DNA of 24,000 nt from Endozoicomonadaceae bacterium (GTDB taxonomy: Bacteria > Pseudomonadota > Gammaproteobacteria > Pseudomonadales > Endozoicomonadaceae), in contig CBDHDU010000047.1 of the NCBI GenBank assembly GCA_965261725.1, positions 88,871-112,870 on the forward strand, given 5' to 3'. The position numbers were made by a program, and so were the translations under genes. Below are positions 8,651 to 17,569 of the stretch, piece by piece; positions within the stretch are counted from its first letter, which is position 1; the number at the start of each line of letters is the position of its first letter. The notes beneath the pieces were generated by a model that saw only the letters and a program-made list of their open reading frames with translations, was not told the origin of the DNA and did not search any database.

Positions 8651-9142
8651 GAATCTGATTCCGTGCTTTCTTCATCGGGTCAACAATACATTGGGTTGCG
8701 GTATGTATCTATAACTATGCGTTATATATTGAGCAAGGCTCATCCCGACAAGCCGGAGTTCAGTCGGAATGAGCCCTATGCACTGTGTCGGGTAAACACA
8801 TTTTTCAGCCTGATAAGCTGTTGAGTCAGACCCTGATGATGTTGCTTGTGGCAAAACCATCGCCCTTGTTCTGGTTGGAATCCGGGCTGGTTGTTATCGA
8901 ACTCGGTTTTATTTTGAAATTGTTTCTCTTTTTGAAACTACTGCGATGACCGTCATTTCCGGCAGCGGCCTGATACTTCATATTGAGGTACATGCTGTTG
9001 CTCACTATCGATCATTGATGATTATTTTAAGAAGAATCTTGCGCAATAACTGATCTTTTTATGCTTTATTTTCGTCTTTTGAGCAATAATAATAAATTAA
9101 GAAGTCGCTTTTATTGGTTTTTATTGCGTACCGGGATGATAT

Positions 9143-9625
9143 ATGAAAACAAAACACCACCTTGATCGCTTTGATATCAGGATATTACACGAGCTGCAGC
9201 GGGACGGATCGTTGTCAAATCAGGAGTTGGCTGAGCGGGTAGGGCTAACCGCAGCACCTTGTTCCCGTCGGGTAAAAACGCTTGAAGACAATGGTGTAAT
9301 TGCAGAACGGGTGGTGCGTGTTGACCATCGCTCAGTGAATCTGAACCTGATGGCTTTGCTACATATCAGCATGGACAAACATATTCCTGACCGTTTTGAA
9401 GCTTTCGAAAAAGCGATCAGCTCCTTTCCGGAAGTGCTGGAGTGTTACCTGATTACCGGACACGATGCTGACTACCAGCTTAAGATTGCGGTACCCGATA
9501 TGGATGCCTATCACGATTTTTTGCTGGGAAGAATTACCCGACTGAAAGGAGTAACCGGAGTGAAGTCGAGTTTTATGATGCGGAAAATTGTTGAGACGAC
9601 GGCATTGCCGCTAAGTTATATCTGA
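9143..9625 (+). CDS. Lrp/AsnC-family transcriptional regulator
   Basis: 160 aa. It has an HTH (LDRFDIRILHELQRDGSLSNQELAERVGLTAAPCSRRVKTLEDNGVI) followed by a RAM/AsnC_trans_reg domain. It is divergent from leuA. Confidence 0.9.
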   Translation: MKTKHHLDRFDIRILHELQRDGSLSNQELAERVGLTAAPCSRRVKTLEDNGVIAERVVRVDHRSVNLNLMALLHISMDKHIPDRFEAFEKAISSFPEVLECYLITGHDADYQLKIAVPDMDAYHDFLLGRITRLKGVTGVKSSFMMRKIVETTALPLSYI

Positions 9626-9652
9626 TTATTACGCGTATAGAGTCAAAGGGCT

Positions 9653-10870
9653 TCAGGAAAGATTGCTGTATTTTTCTTTCCACTCACTTTCCCAGGCGAG
9701 AATCTTATCGGCAGGCATGGGCTTGCCTACGAAGAATCCCTGGGCTACATCGCACTCAAGGTCTTTAAGAAGCTGCCAGTCAGCTTCCGACTCAAGTCCT
9801 TCAGCCACAGTCTTGAGCTTCAGTTTACGAGCCAGCTCGACATTGGCTTCAACAATGGCGCGCCGGGTGGGATCTTCAATCGCGTTCTTAACAAAGGATT
9901 GGTCGATTTTTAGCTCCGAAAAGGGAATACGGTTCAGTTGCTGCATACTCGAATAGCCGGTTCCGAAATCATCAATTGAAAGGGTAAATCCTTTCATCTT
10001 CAGACGTGCCAGCGTAGACAGGCAATAGGCAACATTCTCCATGACCGCGCTTTCAGTAATTTCCAGTGTCAGCAAGGCAGGGCCGACGCCGGCATCACCG
10101 ATCATCTCTATCAGCTGTTCCGGTAAGCGGGTATTGCCCAGCATCGAAGGGGAGATATTAACGGAGGTGTTAATAACCCGGCCATCATTCTCCCAGGCTT
10201 TAATCTGTGCGGCGGCTTGCCGGAGCAGAGACTCGGTCATCTGATCCATCAAACCAAAGTTTTCAATTTCACCAATAAACTGACCTGGAAAAACCATACC
10301 GTGTTCAGGGTGCTGCCAGCGTGCAAGGGCTTCACAGGAAACCCACTGACCATTGCTGAGTAGTACTTTGGGCTGAAACCATGGAACGAACTGACCATCC
10401 GCAATGGCTTGTTCCAGAATCTCTTTATTAAGCTCCAGCTTTGATCCCGGCTGAATCGGGTTATTGGTCTCTCCCTTTATAAAGAGTTGAAAAAGGGCGT
10501 CGACTTTTTCCGGGTTAACCGGCTTCTCCAGTGTACCCAGCACATTCATGCCATGTTCTGCGGCCATATCTTCTACAGTGCGGATCAGTTCAGGCTCCAT
10601 AGCGCTGGCAACAATAATGGCAGAAGCCAGCTTTTTCTCGGCAACATGACGAATAAATTCGATGCCGTCCATGCCGGGCATATCGAGATCGCAGATAGTT
10701 ATGTCAATGGGTTCGGGGCTGGCTGCGATCTTGTCCAGTGCTTCCTGACCGTCTTCAGCTTCCAGAACAGATGAAATGCCAAGACCACTAACTACCTTGA
10801 CGGCAACCATGCGCTGAAACTGATGGTCTTCTACCACCATAATGCGCAGTGCGTCATAGGCATGACTCAT
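9653..10870 (-). CDS. Response-regulator receiver plus EAL domain protein (c-di-GMP phosphodiesterase, RocR/PvrR-like architecture)
   Basis: 405 aa. REC domain: IMVVEDHQFQR...DITICDLDMPGMDGIEF. EAL domain: CEALARWQHPEHGMVFPGQFI, SVNISP, LEITES, SIDDFGTGYSS, LKIDQSFV, AEGLES and QGFF motifs. Confidence 0.9.
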   Translation of the reverse strand: MSHAYDALRIMVVEDHQFQRMVAVKVVSGLGISSVLEAEDGQEALDKIAASPEPIDITICDLDMPGMDGIEFIRHVAEKKLASAIIVASAMEPELIRTVEDMAAEHGMNVLGTLEKPVNPEKVDALFQLFIKGETNNPIQPGSKLELNKEILEQAIADGQFVPWFQPKVLLSNGQWVSCEALARWQHPEHGMVFPGQFIGEIENFGLMDQMTESLLRQAAAQIKAWENDGRVINTSVNISPSMLGNTRLPEQLIEMIGDAGVGPALLTLEITESAVMENVAYCLSTLARLKMKGFTLSIDDFGTGYSSMQQLNRIPFSELKIDQSFVKNAIEDPTRRAIVEANVELARKLKLKTVAEGLESEADWQLLKDLECDVAQGFFVGKPMPADKILAWESEWKEKYSNLS

Positions 10871-11002
10871 GCTGTTCTCTCCCTGAAAGGCCGGTAGCCT
10901 GCACTTTTAAGTCGCTTGAAGCCGAAACAAATAACTGAATCGGATAATTAACGGATATATCAGGAAGTAATATCGGCGGGTAAGGCACTGGCTCAAGGTT
11001 GG

Positions 11003-11037
11003 AACAGGAGAATGTTCAGAATCAACATTCCCCTGTT
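11003..11037 (-). terminator. Hairpin downstream of the cytochrome c5 gene (possible terminator)
   Basis: A 14-bp stem with one mismatch, AACAGGAGAATGTT (11003-11016) / AACATTCCCCTGTT (11024-11037), lies 23 nt after the stop. There is no obvious U-tract. Confidence 0.3.
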
Positions 11038-11060
11038 GTGAGCCATGATCAATTTATCGA

Positions 11061-11522
11061 TTATGGCTTGAGCTTGCTCATGTAAGTGATAGTGGCGCTG
11101 ATCTCATCATCGGTACAGTTCATGCAAGTACCTCTGGGAGGCATAGCCTTGATACCGTTGATCGCATTGCTAAGCAGTTTGCTGAAGTCTCCGGCTTCTT
11201 TCAGACGTGCATTCCAACCTGCATCATCATGAAGTTTGGGGGCATTCAACAGACCTGTGGCATGACAGGCTGCACAGTACTGGTTATAAATTGCATCAGG
11301 CTCTCTTGGGCCGCTGCTGGTTTCTGCCACAGCAACGCCACTGGCACAATCTTCACCTGCTTTACAAACCTGCCCCATGGGTTTGATACGGTCAGCAATT
11401 TCCTGACGACTCACATCATCCAGCTCAATTGCAAAGCTCTGCATTGATGCTGCGAGTAATCCCCCCACCAGAATACTTTTTACGAACAGGGAAGCAGTTT
11501 TTACTGCCTGTGTTGTTTTCAT
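11061..11522 (-). CDS. Cytochrome c5-family c-type cytochrome (signal or anchor sequence plus one heme c domain)
   Basis: Heme-binding CAACH and the c5-type tail (GLLNAPKLHDDAGW...AINGIKAMPPRGTCMNCTDDEI) are present. I preferred the start at MKTTQAV (11522) because GAGGAA lies upstream. The ORF track starts at 11534. Confidence 0.85.
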   Translation of the reverse strand: MKTTQAVKTASLFVKSILVGGLLAASMQSFAIELDDVSRQEIADRIKPMGQVCKAGEDCASGVAVAETSSGPREPDAIYNQYCAACHATGLLNAPKLHDDAGWNARLKEAGDFSKLLSNAINGIKAMPPRGTCMNCTDDEISATITYMSKLKP

Positions 11523-11922
11523 GTAGGCCACCATTCCTCAATGTATGGTCTCAGCCTTGCGACAGCTCCCTGCGGCGATTTTTTGCCGTGTCCGGTGCAT
11601 CGTCCTGGCCTTGTCATTGTTAGCGAGATGTTAAGATCAGCCGATCTCACTCTCTTACCTTATAGGCATAAACCGCGAGGATTATAGACCAAACAGCCAT
11701 TAGTTAGCACCGTTTTCGTTGTTGTCTGGTGTAATAAAAGCACTTATGCAGTCTTGATGGGTGTTTGTGCTGACGGTTGGGGCAGCCAGTTATAAAAAGA
11801 ATCAACATTTGATTGAAATGTTACTGGCAGGACATGAAGATTTTTCTGGCGAAGCGTGGACAGAAGCCTGGGTGATCAGTATTATTGCGCTCGCTGGACT
11901 GTCCTTTTCCAGTTCTTGTTAT

Positions 11923-11999
11923 GCACCCGTAGCTCAGTTGGATAGAGTACAGGCCTCCGAAGCCTGGGGTCACAGGTTCAAATCCTGTCGGGTGCGCCA
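11923..11999 (+). tRNA. tRNA-Arg (anticodon CCG), CCA encoded
   Basis: The 77-nt sequence GCACCCGTAGCTCAGTTGGATAGAGTACAGGCCTCCGAAGCCTGGGGTCACAGGTTCAAATCCTGTCGGGTGCGCCA folds as a cloverleaf. Acceptor stem: GCACCCG/CGGGTGC. Anticodon loop: CT-CCG-AA. T-arm: CAGGTTCAAATCCTG. It is close to E. coli argX from memory. Confidence 0.95.
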
Positions 12000-12124
12000 T
12001 TTCTCTTTACTTATCTCCCTTTAAATGCATTTTGCCTCGTGCCTTTTGGCTTAGGGGTGGTTTACTATTGCGTTTCGGTTTTCCAGTACTGTCGCTGGTG
12101 AGCATACTGTAAACGGAGTAGTCG

Positions 12125-13279
12125 ATGCTTAATTTCAGTTACCAGAACCCAACCCGTATTCACTTTGGTAAAGGGCAGATTGCCCGTATTGCTGAAGAGA
12201 TTCCGGCAGATGCCAGAGTGTTAATCACATACGGCGGCGGAAGTATAAAAAAGAATGGTACGCTGGATCAGGTGCTGGAGGCGCTGAAAGATCATACGGT
12301 ACTGGAGTTTGGTGGTATTGAACCCAACCCCTCTTACGAAACGTTGATGCAGGCTGTTGAACTGGCACGCAAGGAAAAGATTGATTTTCTGCTGGCTGTG
12401 GGTGGTGGCTCCGTGATTGATGGCACCAAGTTTATTGCAGCGGCTATTCCTTTCGAAGGTGATCCCTGGACGATCCTCAGTGAACGTGCGCCGATTACAA
12501 GCGTTGTTCCTGCCGGTAATGTGCTGACGTTGCCTGCAACCGGCTCTGAAAGTAATTCCGGTTCTGTTGTCACCCGTAAAGAAACGCACGACAAACTGGC
12601 CTTTATGCATCCGCTGGTGTTTCCAAAGTTTGCGGTACTGGATCCGGAAACAACTTTTAGTTTGCCTACGGGGCAATCCGCTAATGGTGTTGTTGATGCT
12701 TATGTGCACGTGATGGAGCAGTACCTGACCTGCCGTGAAAATACCCCGGTACAGGATCGTTATGCTGAAGGCTTATTGCTGACGCTGATTGAGGAAGGCC
12801 CTAAAGTATTGGAGCAGCCTCAGGATTACGGAGTGCGTGCCAGCATTATGTGGACGGCTAACCAGGCGCTGAACGGCCTGATTGGTCAGGGTGTTCCCCA
12901 TGACTGGGCAACTCATATGATTGGTCATGAGATTACAGCCTTGTACGGGCTGGATCATGCGCAAACACTGGCTATTGTTTTGCCTTCTCTGATGGCTGTT
13001 ATGAAGGAACAGAAAGCACCACGCCTGTTGCAATATGCAGAGCGGGTCTGGAGTATCAGTGAAGGCAGTGAAGAAGAGCGTATCAATCAGGCTATTGAAA
13101 GCACCCGGAACTTCTTCGAACAAATGGGAGTGAAGACCCGCCTGTCTGATTATGGGGTCGGCGAAGATGCTGTTGCCGGATTGGTTGAGCAGCTAAAGCG
13201 ACACGGTATGGTTACGCTGGGTGAAAACGGTAATATTACCCCGGAAGTTTCAACAGAAATTCTGCAAAAGTCGCTGTAA
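12125..13279 (+). CDS. yqhD: Iron-containing (group III) NADPH-dependent alcohol/aldehyde reductase, YqhD-like
   Basis: 384 aa. It aligns by eye along its length with E. coli YqhD (NPTRIHFGKGQI...ARVLITYGGGSIKKNGTLDQVLEAL...LEFGGIEPNPSYETLM...FLLAVGGGSVIDGTKFIAAA). Confidence 0.85.
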   Translation: MLNFSYQNPTRIHFGKGQIARIAEEIPADARVLITYGGGSIKKNGTLDQVLEALKDHTVLEFGGIEPNPSYETLMQAVELARKEKIDFLLAVGGGSVIDGTKFIAAAIPFEGDPWTILSERAPITSVVPAGNVLTLPATGSESNSGSVVTRKETHDKLAFMHPLVFPKFAVLDPETTFSLPTGQSANGVVDAYVHVMEQYLTCRENTPVQDRYAEGLLLTLIEEGPKVLEQPQDYGVRASIMWTANQALNGLIGQGVPHDWATHMIGHEITALYGLDHAQTLAIVLPSLMAVMKEQKAPRLLQYAERVWSISEGSEEERINQAIESTRNFFEQMGVKTRLSDYGVGEDAVAGLVEQLKRHGMVTLGENGNITPEVSTEILQKSL

Positions 13280-13354
13280 CACTGATTTCAGTCCTATCCT
13301 GTTGGGAGGTTTTCAAGCCTCCCTCTTCGTAATACAGCATGTTTTGTCTGAATT

Positions 13355-14332
13355 ATGTTCAGTGCGCTGTTACTGGAAAAGCAGAACAATGAAACAGCAG
13401 TCTCGCTGCAGGAACTGGATGAGAGCCAGTTGCCTGCAGGCGGTGTTGAAGTCGCTGTCGAATACACATCGCTTAATTATAAGGACTGCCTCGCAATAAA
13501 AGGCAAAGGTCGTATTGTAAGTCAGTGGCCGATGATTCCCGGTACTGATTTGGCAGGCACTGTTACCCATTCATCAGATCCCCGTTTCTCTGTAGGTGAT
13601 GCCGTACTGGTTACCGGGCATGGTCTGGGGGAACAGCAATGGGGCGGAATGGCTCAAAAAGCCAGAGTAAAAAGTGACTGGCTGATTCCCATGCCATTCG
13701 GACTTGATACCCGCAAAGCGATGATGTTGGGGTCTGCAGGTCTGGCAGCGATACTGGCAGTCTGCTATTTGCAGGCATCAGGTATTACACCTGACAGGGG
13801 GGAAGTATTGGTTACCGGTGCCAGTGGCGGTGTAGGAAGTATTGCTGTTTCATTGTTAAGCAGACTGGGCTATTCCGTTGTTGCACTGACCGGACGCTCT
13901 GAAAATGATTCGTTACTGCAGCACTTGGGCACAATGCGTGTTCTGCAGAGGGGAGCATTAATATTAACAAGTAAGCGACTGGGTGAACCTTGCTGGAGTG
14001 GCGTGGTTGATACGGTGGGTGGCAATGTCCTCTCCGGCTTGTTAAGTCAGATTCAGTATGGCGGAACACTGACAACCTGCGGTCTGGTTGGTGGTGTGAA
14101 GGTTAATACGACAGTACTTCCTTTCGTTCAGAGAGGTATCCGCTTACTTGGTGTTGAAACCAAACATTGCTCGATGGTTAAACGGCAACAGGTATGGGAT
14201 ATGTTGTCTGCACTGGTACCTCTCGAATATTACCAGCATGCCTGCCGAAGCATTTCATTAGGTCGTGTGCCGGAACATGTTGAAAAAATGTTGCAGGGGC
14301 AAATCACCGGGCGCATTGTGGTAAAAACATAA
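13355..14332 (+). CDS. acuI: YhdH/AcuI-family MDR oxidoreductase (putative acrylyl-CoA reductase / quinone oxidoreductase)
   Basis: 325 aa. The N-terminus (ALLLEKQNNETAVSLQELDESQLPAGGVEVAVEYTSLNYKDCLAIKGKGRIVSQWPMIPGTDLAGTV) parallels E. coli YhdH. It also has the VLVTGASGGVGS nucleotide-binding motif. Confidence 0.8.
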   Translation: MFSALLLEKQNNETAVSLQELDESQLPAGGVEVAVEYTSLNYKDCLAIKGKGRIVSQWPMIPGTDLAGTVTHSSDPRFSVGDAVLVTGHGLGEQQWGGMAQKARVKSDWLIPMPFGLDTRKAMMLGSAGLAAILAVCYLQASGITPDRGEVLVTGASGGVGSIAVSLLSRLGYSVVALTGRSENDSLLQHLGTMRVLQRGALILTSKRLGEPCWSGVVDTVGGNVLSGLLSQIQYGGTLTTCGLVGGVKVNTTVLPFVQRGIRLLGVETKHCSMVKRQQVWDMLSALVPLEYYQHACRSISLGRVPEHVEKMLQGQITGRIVVKT

Positions 14333-14359
14333 AAGGTTCTTGGCAAGGGAATATTTTAT

Positions 14360-15343
14360 ATGGCAATCAGGCTGACATTTCTGGGTACTTCGGCAGGGCT
14401 GCCAACCACTGAGCGTAATGTGACGTCGCTGGCATTGGCGAGAGGTGACAGCCGGGACTGGTATATGGTGGATTGTGGTGAGGCCACTCAGCATCAGTTA
14501 TTGCGTACCCGCTACTCAACCTCCCGGTTGCAAATGATTTTTATCACTCATATGCACGGTGATCATATTTATGGTCTGCCGGGATTACTGGCATCAGCCA
14601 GTATGGCAGGACGTGTGGCACCGCTGGTTTTATGTGGCCCGGAAGGTTTACAGGCGTATGTGGAAGCATCTTTGCTGGGCGGAGATATTACTGAACTTCC
14701 TTATGAGTTACGTTTTATGAGAACGGATCAGCCGGGTTTTACCTTCAGGGATAACAATTTTGAGATTACTGCTCATGAGTTATCTCACCGGGTTCCCAGT
14801 TATGCAGCCAGATTTGAAGAGTTAGCTGTGTATGAAAAACTGGATGTGGATAAGCTGGCTGAGCTTGGTGTGCCCCGTGGACCAAAGTGGGGAGTATTGC
14901 AGAAAGGTGGCTCGGTATTACTCGACGATGGACGTGAAGTTTTTTCTGATCAGGTAAAGCAAGAACCGCAACCCGGATGTATTGCAGTAATTGGTGGTGA
15001 TAACGACCAGCCAGAATTATTACATAACGCAATGCAAGGCGCTGATGTATTAGTTCATGAAGCCTCTTTTTCCAAAGAAGTACTGGCGCGAATAGGACCC
15101 GCCTATATGCACAGTACACCGGAGCAGGTCGGTATTGCTGCAGAAAAAGTCGGTGTAAAAAATATTGTTCTGACTCATTTCAGTGGTCGTTATCGCAAAT
15201 ATCCGCGTGATGGTGAGGAAGGCATTGATTCTCTTCGTCAGGAGGCAGAAACAGTGTACGGTGGTCGTATAGAAATGGCTGAAGATTTTACCTGCTGGGA
15301 AGTTGCAGCAGGTGGAATCCTGAATGAAATCAGAAAATCATAA
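14360..15343 (+). CDS. rnz: Ribonuclease Z / RNase BN (metallo-beta-lactamase fold)
   Basis: 327 aa. FLGTSAGLPTTERNVTS, DCGEATQHQLL, ITHMHGDHIYGLPGLLAS (HxHxDH) and the C-terminal LTHFSGRY match the ElaC/RNase Z pattern. Confidence 0.85.
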   Translation: MAIRLTFLGTSAGLPTTERNVTSLALARGDSRDWYMVDCGEATQHQLLRTRYSTSRLQMIFITHMHGDHIYGLPGLLASASMAGRVAPLVLCGPEGLQAYVEASLLGGDITELPYELRFMRTDQPGFTFRDNNFEITAHELSHRVPSYAARFEELAVYEKLDVDKLAELGVPRGPKWGVLQKGGSVLLDDGREVFSDQVKQEPQPGCIAVIGGDNDQPELLHNAMQGADVLVHEASFSKEVLARIGPAYMHSTPEQVGIAAEKVGVKNIVLTHFSGRYRKYPRDGEEGIDSLRQEAETVYGGRIEMAEDFTCWEVAAGGILNEIRKS

Positions 15344-15369
15344 CCCCTTTATTTCCCTAATCAGAAGAT

Positions 15370-15418
15370 TGTTACCTTGTCTGCCGATGTTACTTTGTCG
15401 TATGCAGGACAGGTAACA
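15370..15418 (+). promoter_or_regulatory. Candidate upstream activator site: TGTTAC / TGTTAC / GTAACA half-sites
   Basis: TGTTAC occurs at 15370-15375 and 15388-15393, and GTAACA at 15413-15418. These are part of an imperfect inverted repeat (TGTTACCTTGTC...GACAGGTAACA) centred about 110 bp upstream of the sigma-54 element. They could alternatively be a U-tract-less hairpin after rnz. Confidence 0.3.
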
Positions 15419-15502
15419 GTTATGCCAGATTGAACCTTGTATCGCTGAGTTCTTTTTTATTCTTGTCCCTTATCCTGTTGAAATATATGGGTATTTTATT
15501 TT

Positions 15503-15517
15503 TGGCACGCTGAGTGC
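15503..15517 (+). promoter_or_regulatory. Candidate sigma-54 (-24/-12) promoter
   Basis: TGGCACGCTGAGTGC compared with the consensus TGGCACG-N4-TTGC. The -24 block matches 7/7. The -12 GC is at the exact canonical spacing (GG 15504-5, GC 15516-7). One mismatch: GTGC instead of TTGC. Confidence 0.4.
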
Positions 15518-15529
15518 GTTATACCGGGT

Positions 15530-15780
15530 GCAAGGATGCGAAATATAACAACAGGGACCCCCCGCCAAAAATAATAATAAAAACGGCAGGGCAAGCAGAT
15601 TACTTTGCAGGATGCTTTTTTGTGGATTGACAGGGAGTGTACCCGGTGGGTTTAAGAAGGTTGTACAAACAGCCCGGCCGCCAGGTGAAAGGACTATCTG
15701 GTAGACCCAGACCATTGCCACACATTGTGTAAAGTAATACGTTTGTTCTTTTAACGGAGCCTTTTGGCTCCGTTTTTTAT
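15530..15780 (+). ncRNA. Candidate sigma-54-dependent sRNA with A-rich (ARN)n tracts (CrcZ-like hypothesis)
   Basis: This non-coding interval lies between the sigma-54 promoter and a strong intrinsic terminator. It contains AAAUAUAACAACA (15541-15553) and CAAAAAUAAUAAUAAAAAC (15566-15584). The only ORF here is an implausible antisense one. The 5' end is inferred, not observed. Confidence 0.3.
15753..15780 (+). terminator. Rho-independent terminator
   Basis: A perfect 9-bp stem (AACGGAGCC / GGCTCCGTT) with a TTTT loop is followed by TTTTTAT. The group IIC intron starts 2 nt later. Confidence 0.85.
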
Positions 15781-16234
15781 TGTGTGCCGAGCATGTTGCA
15801 CAGTTTGGGGGTGAAAGTCCCCTGTCCAGCCAGATGAGGGCGAAGGACTAGCGAAGCACAAGGTTTGTATCGCGAGTTGCAGGCTGAAGGCAGTGTGGAG
15901 CAAAACTGCGAGCTGACGAACAGAAACCGGATACGAGGCTGTCTGCGTGAGGACGAGTCAGCAATTGATGACGAAGTCCCATACTCATCCGGACATTCAG
16001 GCAGTAAATCCGGCAGTTGTGCAGTGAAAGCGGTGTAACTTACCTCGGGAGGTCTGTGTGGTGTCTGATATTTCAGACTGAGATCATCGTAAGGTGATCT
16101 GATCGCCATACAGAAGTCAGCAGACGGCATAGTAACTGGCATACGTCAGTGAAGGCCTGAACGGTACAGAGTGGTGATTAGTTTCTGTTTTCGATACACC
16201 GGACAGCAGACAAGTTCAGCAAACCCTGAAGCTC

Positions 16235-17560
16235 ATGCGAAGTGGTCACGGCGGAACCGGAGGCTGCGACGCGATGAGGGCTGAGGCTGTGTCGGCATCA
16301 CAGGATTACGAAAGCCCGGCGGGTGATACGAGCCTGATGGAGCGTATTGCCAACCCCAATAATCTGACAAGAGCCTTTCAACGGGTTAAACGTAATAAAG
16401 GAGCCGCAGGCATCGACCGTGTGACAGTAGAGGGGCTGTACGCTCATTTACAAGAACATGGTCATGGACTGCGACAGTGTCTTTTACAGGGAGAATACAG
16501 GCCAGTTCCGGTAAGACGAGTACGGATTCCCAAACCAGACGGAGGAGAAAGGCAGCTTGGAATTCCAACCGCCTTAGACCGTATGGTTCAGCAAGCGATA
16601 CAACAGGTGTTGCAGGTTGAATGGGAACCAAGGTTCTCAGCCTTCAGTTATGGGTTCAGGCCGAACCGGTCAGCTCATCAGGCAATCAATCAAGCTCAGT
16701 CGTATATCTGCGAGGGTTACGATTGGGTCGTGGATATTGACCTGTCGAAGTTCTTTGATCGTGTCAGTCATGACCGGCTGATGGCAAAGCTGGCAGTTCA
16801 CATGGACGACAGGGACGTATTGCGTTTAATCCGGCGATTTCTCCAGTCCGGAACCATGGAAAACGGGCTGGTAAAACCGCAAACAGAAGGCGTCCCTCAG
16901 GGAGGCCCATTATCACCAGTTCTTTCTAATATCGTGCTGGATGAACTCGACAAGGAGCTGGAAAAGCGAGGCTTGCGATATGTTCGTTACGCTGATGATT
17001 GTCGGGTGTTCGTGCGCAGCAGAAAGGCCGGCGACAGGGTAATGGTCAGTTTGACCCATTACATTGAAGGTAAGCTGAAGCTAAAGGTTAACGACACGAA
17101 AAGTGCGGTTGAGCGAGCATGGAAGCGGGCGTTTTTAGGATACAGCTTTACCAGAAATGGCAGGAAGACGCTGGCAGATAAAACCTGCAAGCGGTTTAAG
17201 GACAAGGTCAAACAGCTTACCCACAAAGGCGGGCGATCTCTGGAGCAGAGGCTGGAGTCTCTGAATCGCTATTTACGGGGATGGAAGAACTACTTTCGGG
17301 AAGTTGAAACCCGTTCGGAATTCGAGGACTTTGACGGTTGGATCAGGCGACGACTGAGAAGCCTGCTTTGGTATCAATGGAAACGAAGTCCGAAGCGATA
17401 TGCGGAATTGAGGAAGCTGGGAGTCAGTGACCGGGTGACAAGACAAACTGTGGCATCGAGCAAGGGGTGCTGGCGAGTGAGCCGGAGTCCTGCGTTGCAC
17501 ATGGCTCTGCCGAATAGCTGGTTTGATGAATTAGGTTTGATAAGATTATTGGGCGCTTAA
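16235..17560 (+). CDS. Group II intron reverse transcriptase/maturase (outer IIC intron IEP; no endonuclease domain)
   Basis: RT motifs: NKGAAGIDRVT, RRVRIPKPDGGERQLGIPTALDRMVQQA, SYGFRPNRSAHQA, DIDLSKFFD, GVPQGGPLSPVLSN and the YADD catalytic box. Maturase X region: RGWKNYF...WKR. The true start is probably ATG 16274 or 16337 (MERIANPNNL), not 16235. Confidence 0.9.
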   Translation: MRSGHGGTGGCDAMRAEAVSASQDYESPAGDTSLMERIANPNNLTRAFQRVKRNKGAAGIDRVTVEGLYAHLQEHGHGLRQCLLQGEYRPVPVRRVRIPKPDGGERQLGIPTALDRMVQQAIQQVLQVEWEPRFSAFSYGFRPNRSAHQAINQAQSYICEGYDWVVDIDLSKFFDRVSHDRLMAKLAVHMDDRDVLRLIRRFLQSGTMENGLVKPQTEGVPQGGPLSPVLSNIVLDELDKELEKRGLRYVRYADDCRVFVRSRKAGDRVMVSLTHYIEGKLKLKVNDTKSAVERAWKRAFLGYSFTRNGRKTLADKTCKRFKDKVKQLTHKGGRSLEQRLESLNRYLRGWKNYFREVETRSEFEDFDGWIRRRLRSLLWYQWKRSPKRYAELRKLGVSDRVTRQTVASSKGCWRVSRSPALHMALPNSWFDELGLIRLLGA

Positions 17561-17569
17561 CTGGCCGAA

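Noticed and set aside
8651-8900. Classical leucine leader-peptide attenuator upstream of leuA
   Set aside because: The small minus-strand ORFs in the leader (a 51-codon one starting MKYQAAAGND, for example) contain no run of Leu codons. Only the alternative hairpins are retained, as a low-interest observation.
11761-12024. 87-aa plus-strand ORF
   Set aside because: It runs straight through the tRNA-Arg(CCG) gene (11923-11999). The tRNA cloverleaf explains the sequence.
11923-12124. tRNA-Arg as the integration site of a genomic island
   Set aside because: There is no integrase downstream. I noticed no direct repeat of the tRNA 3' end elsewhere in the window. The downstream genes (yqhD, acuI, rnz) look like core metabolism.
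15470-15721. 83-aa minus-strand ORF in the rnz-to-intron gap
   Set aside because: It has no RBS and an odd, Pro/Leu-rich translation. It overlaps the sigma-54 element and the A-rich tracts, and the interval is better explained as non-coding or sRNA.
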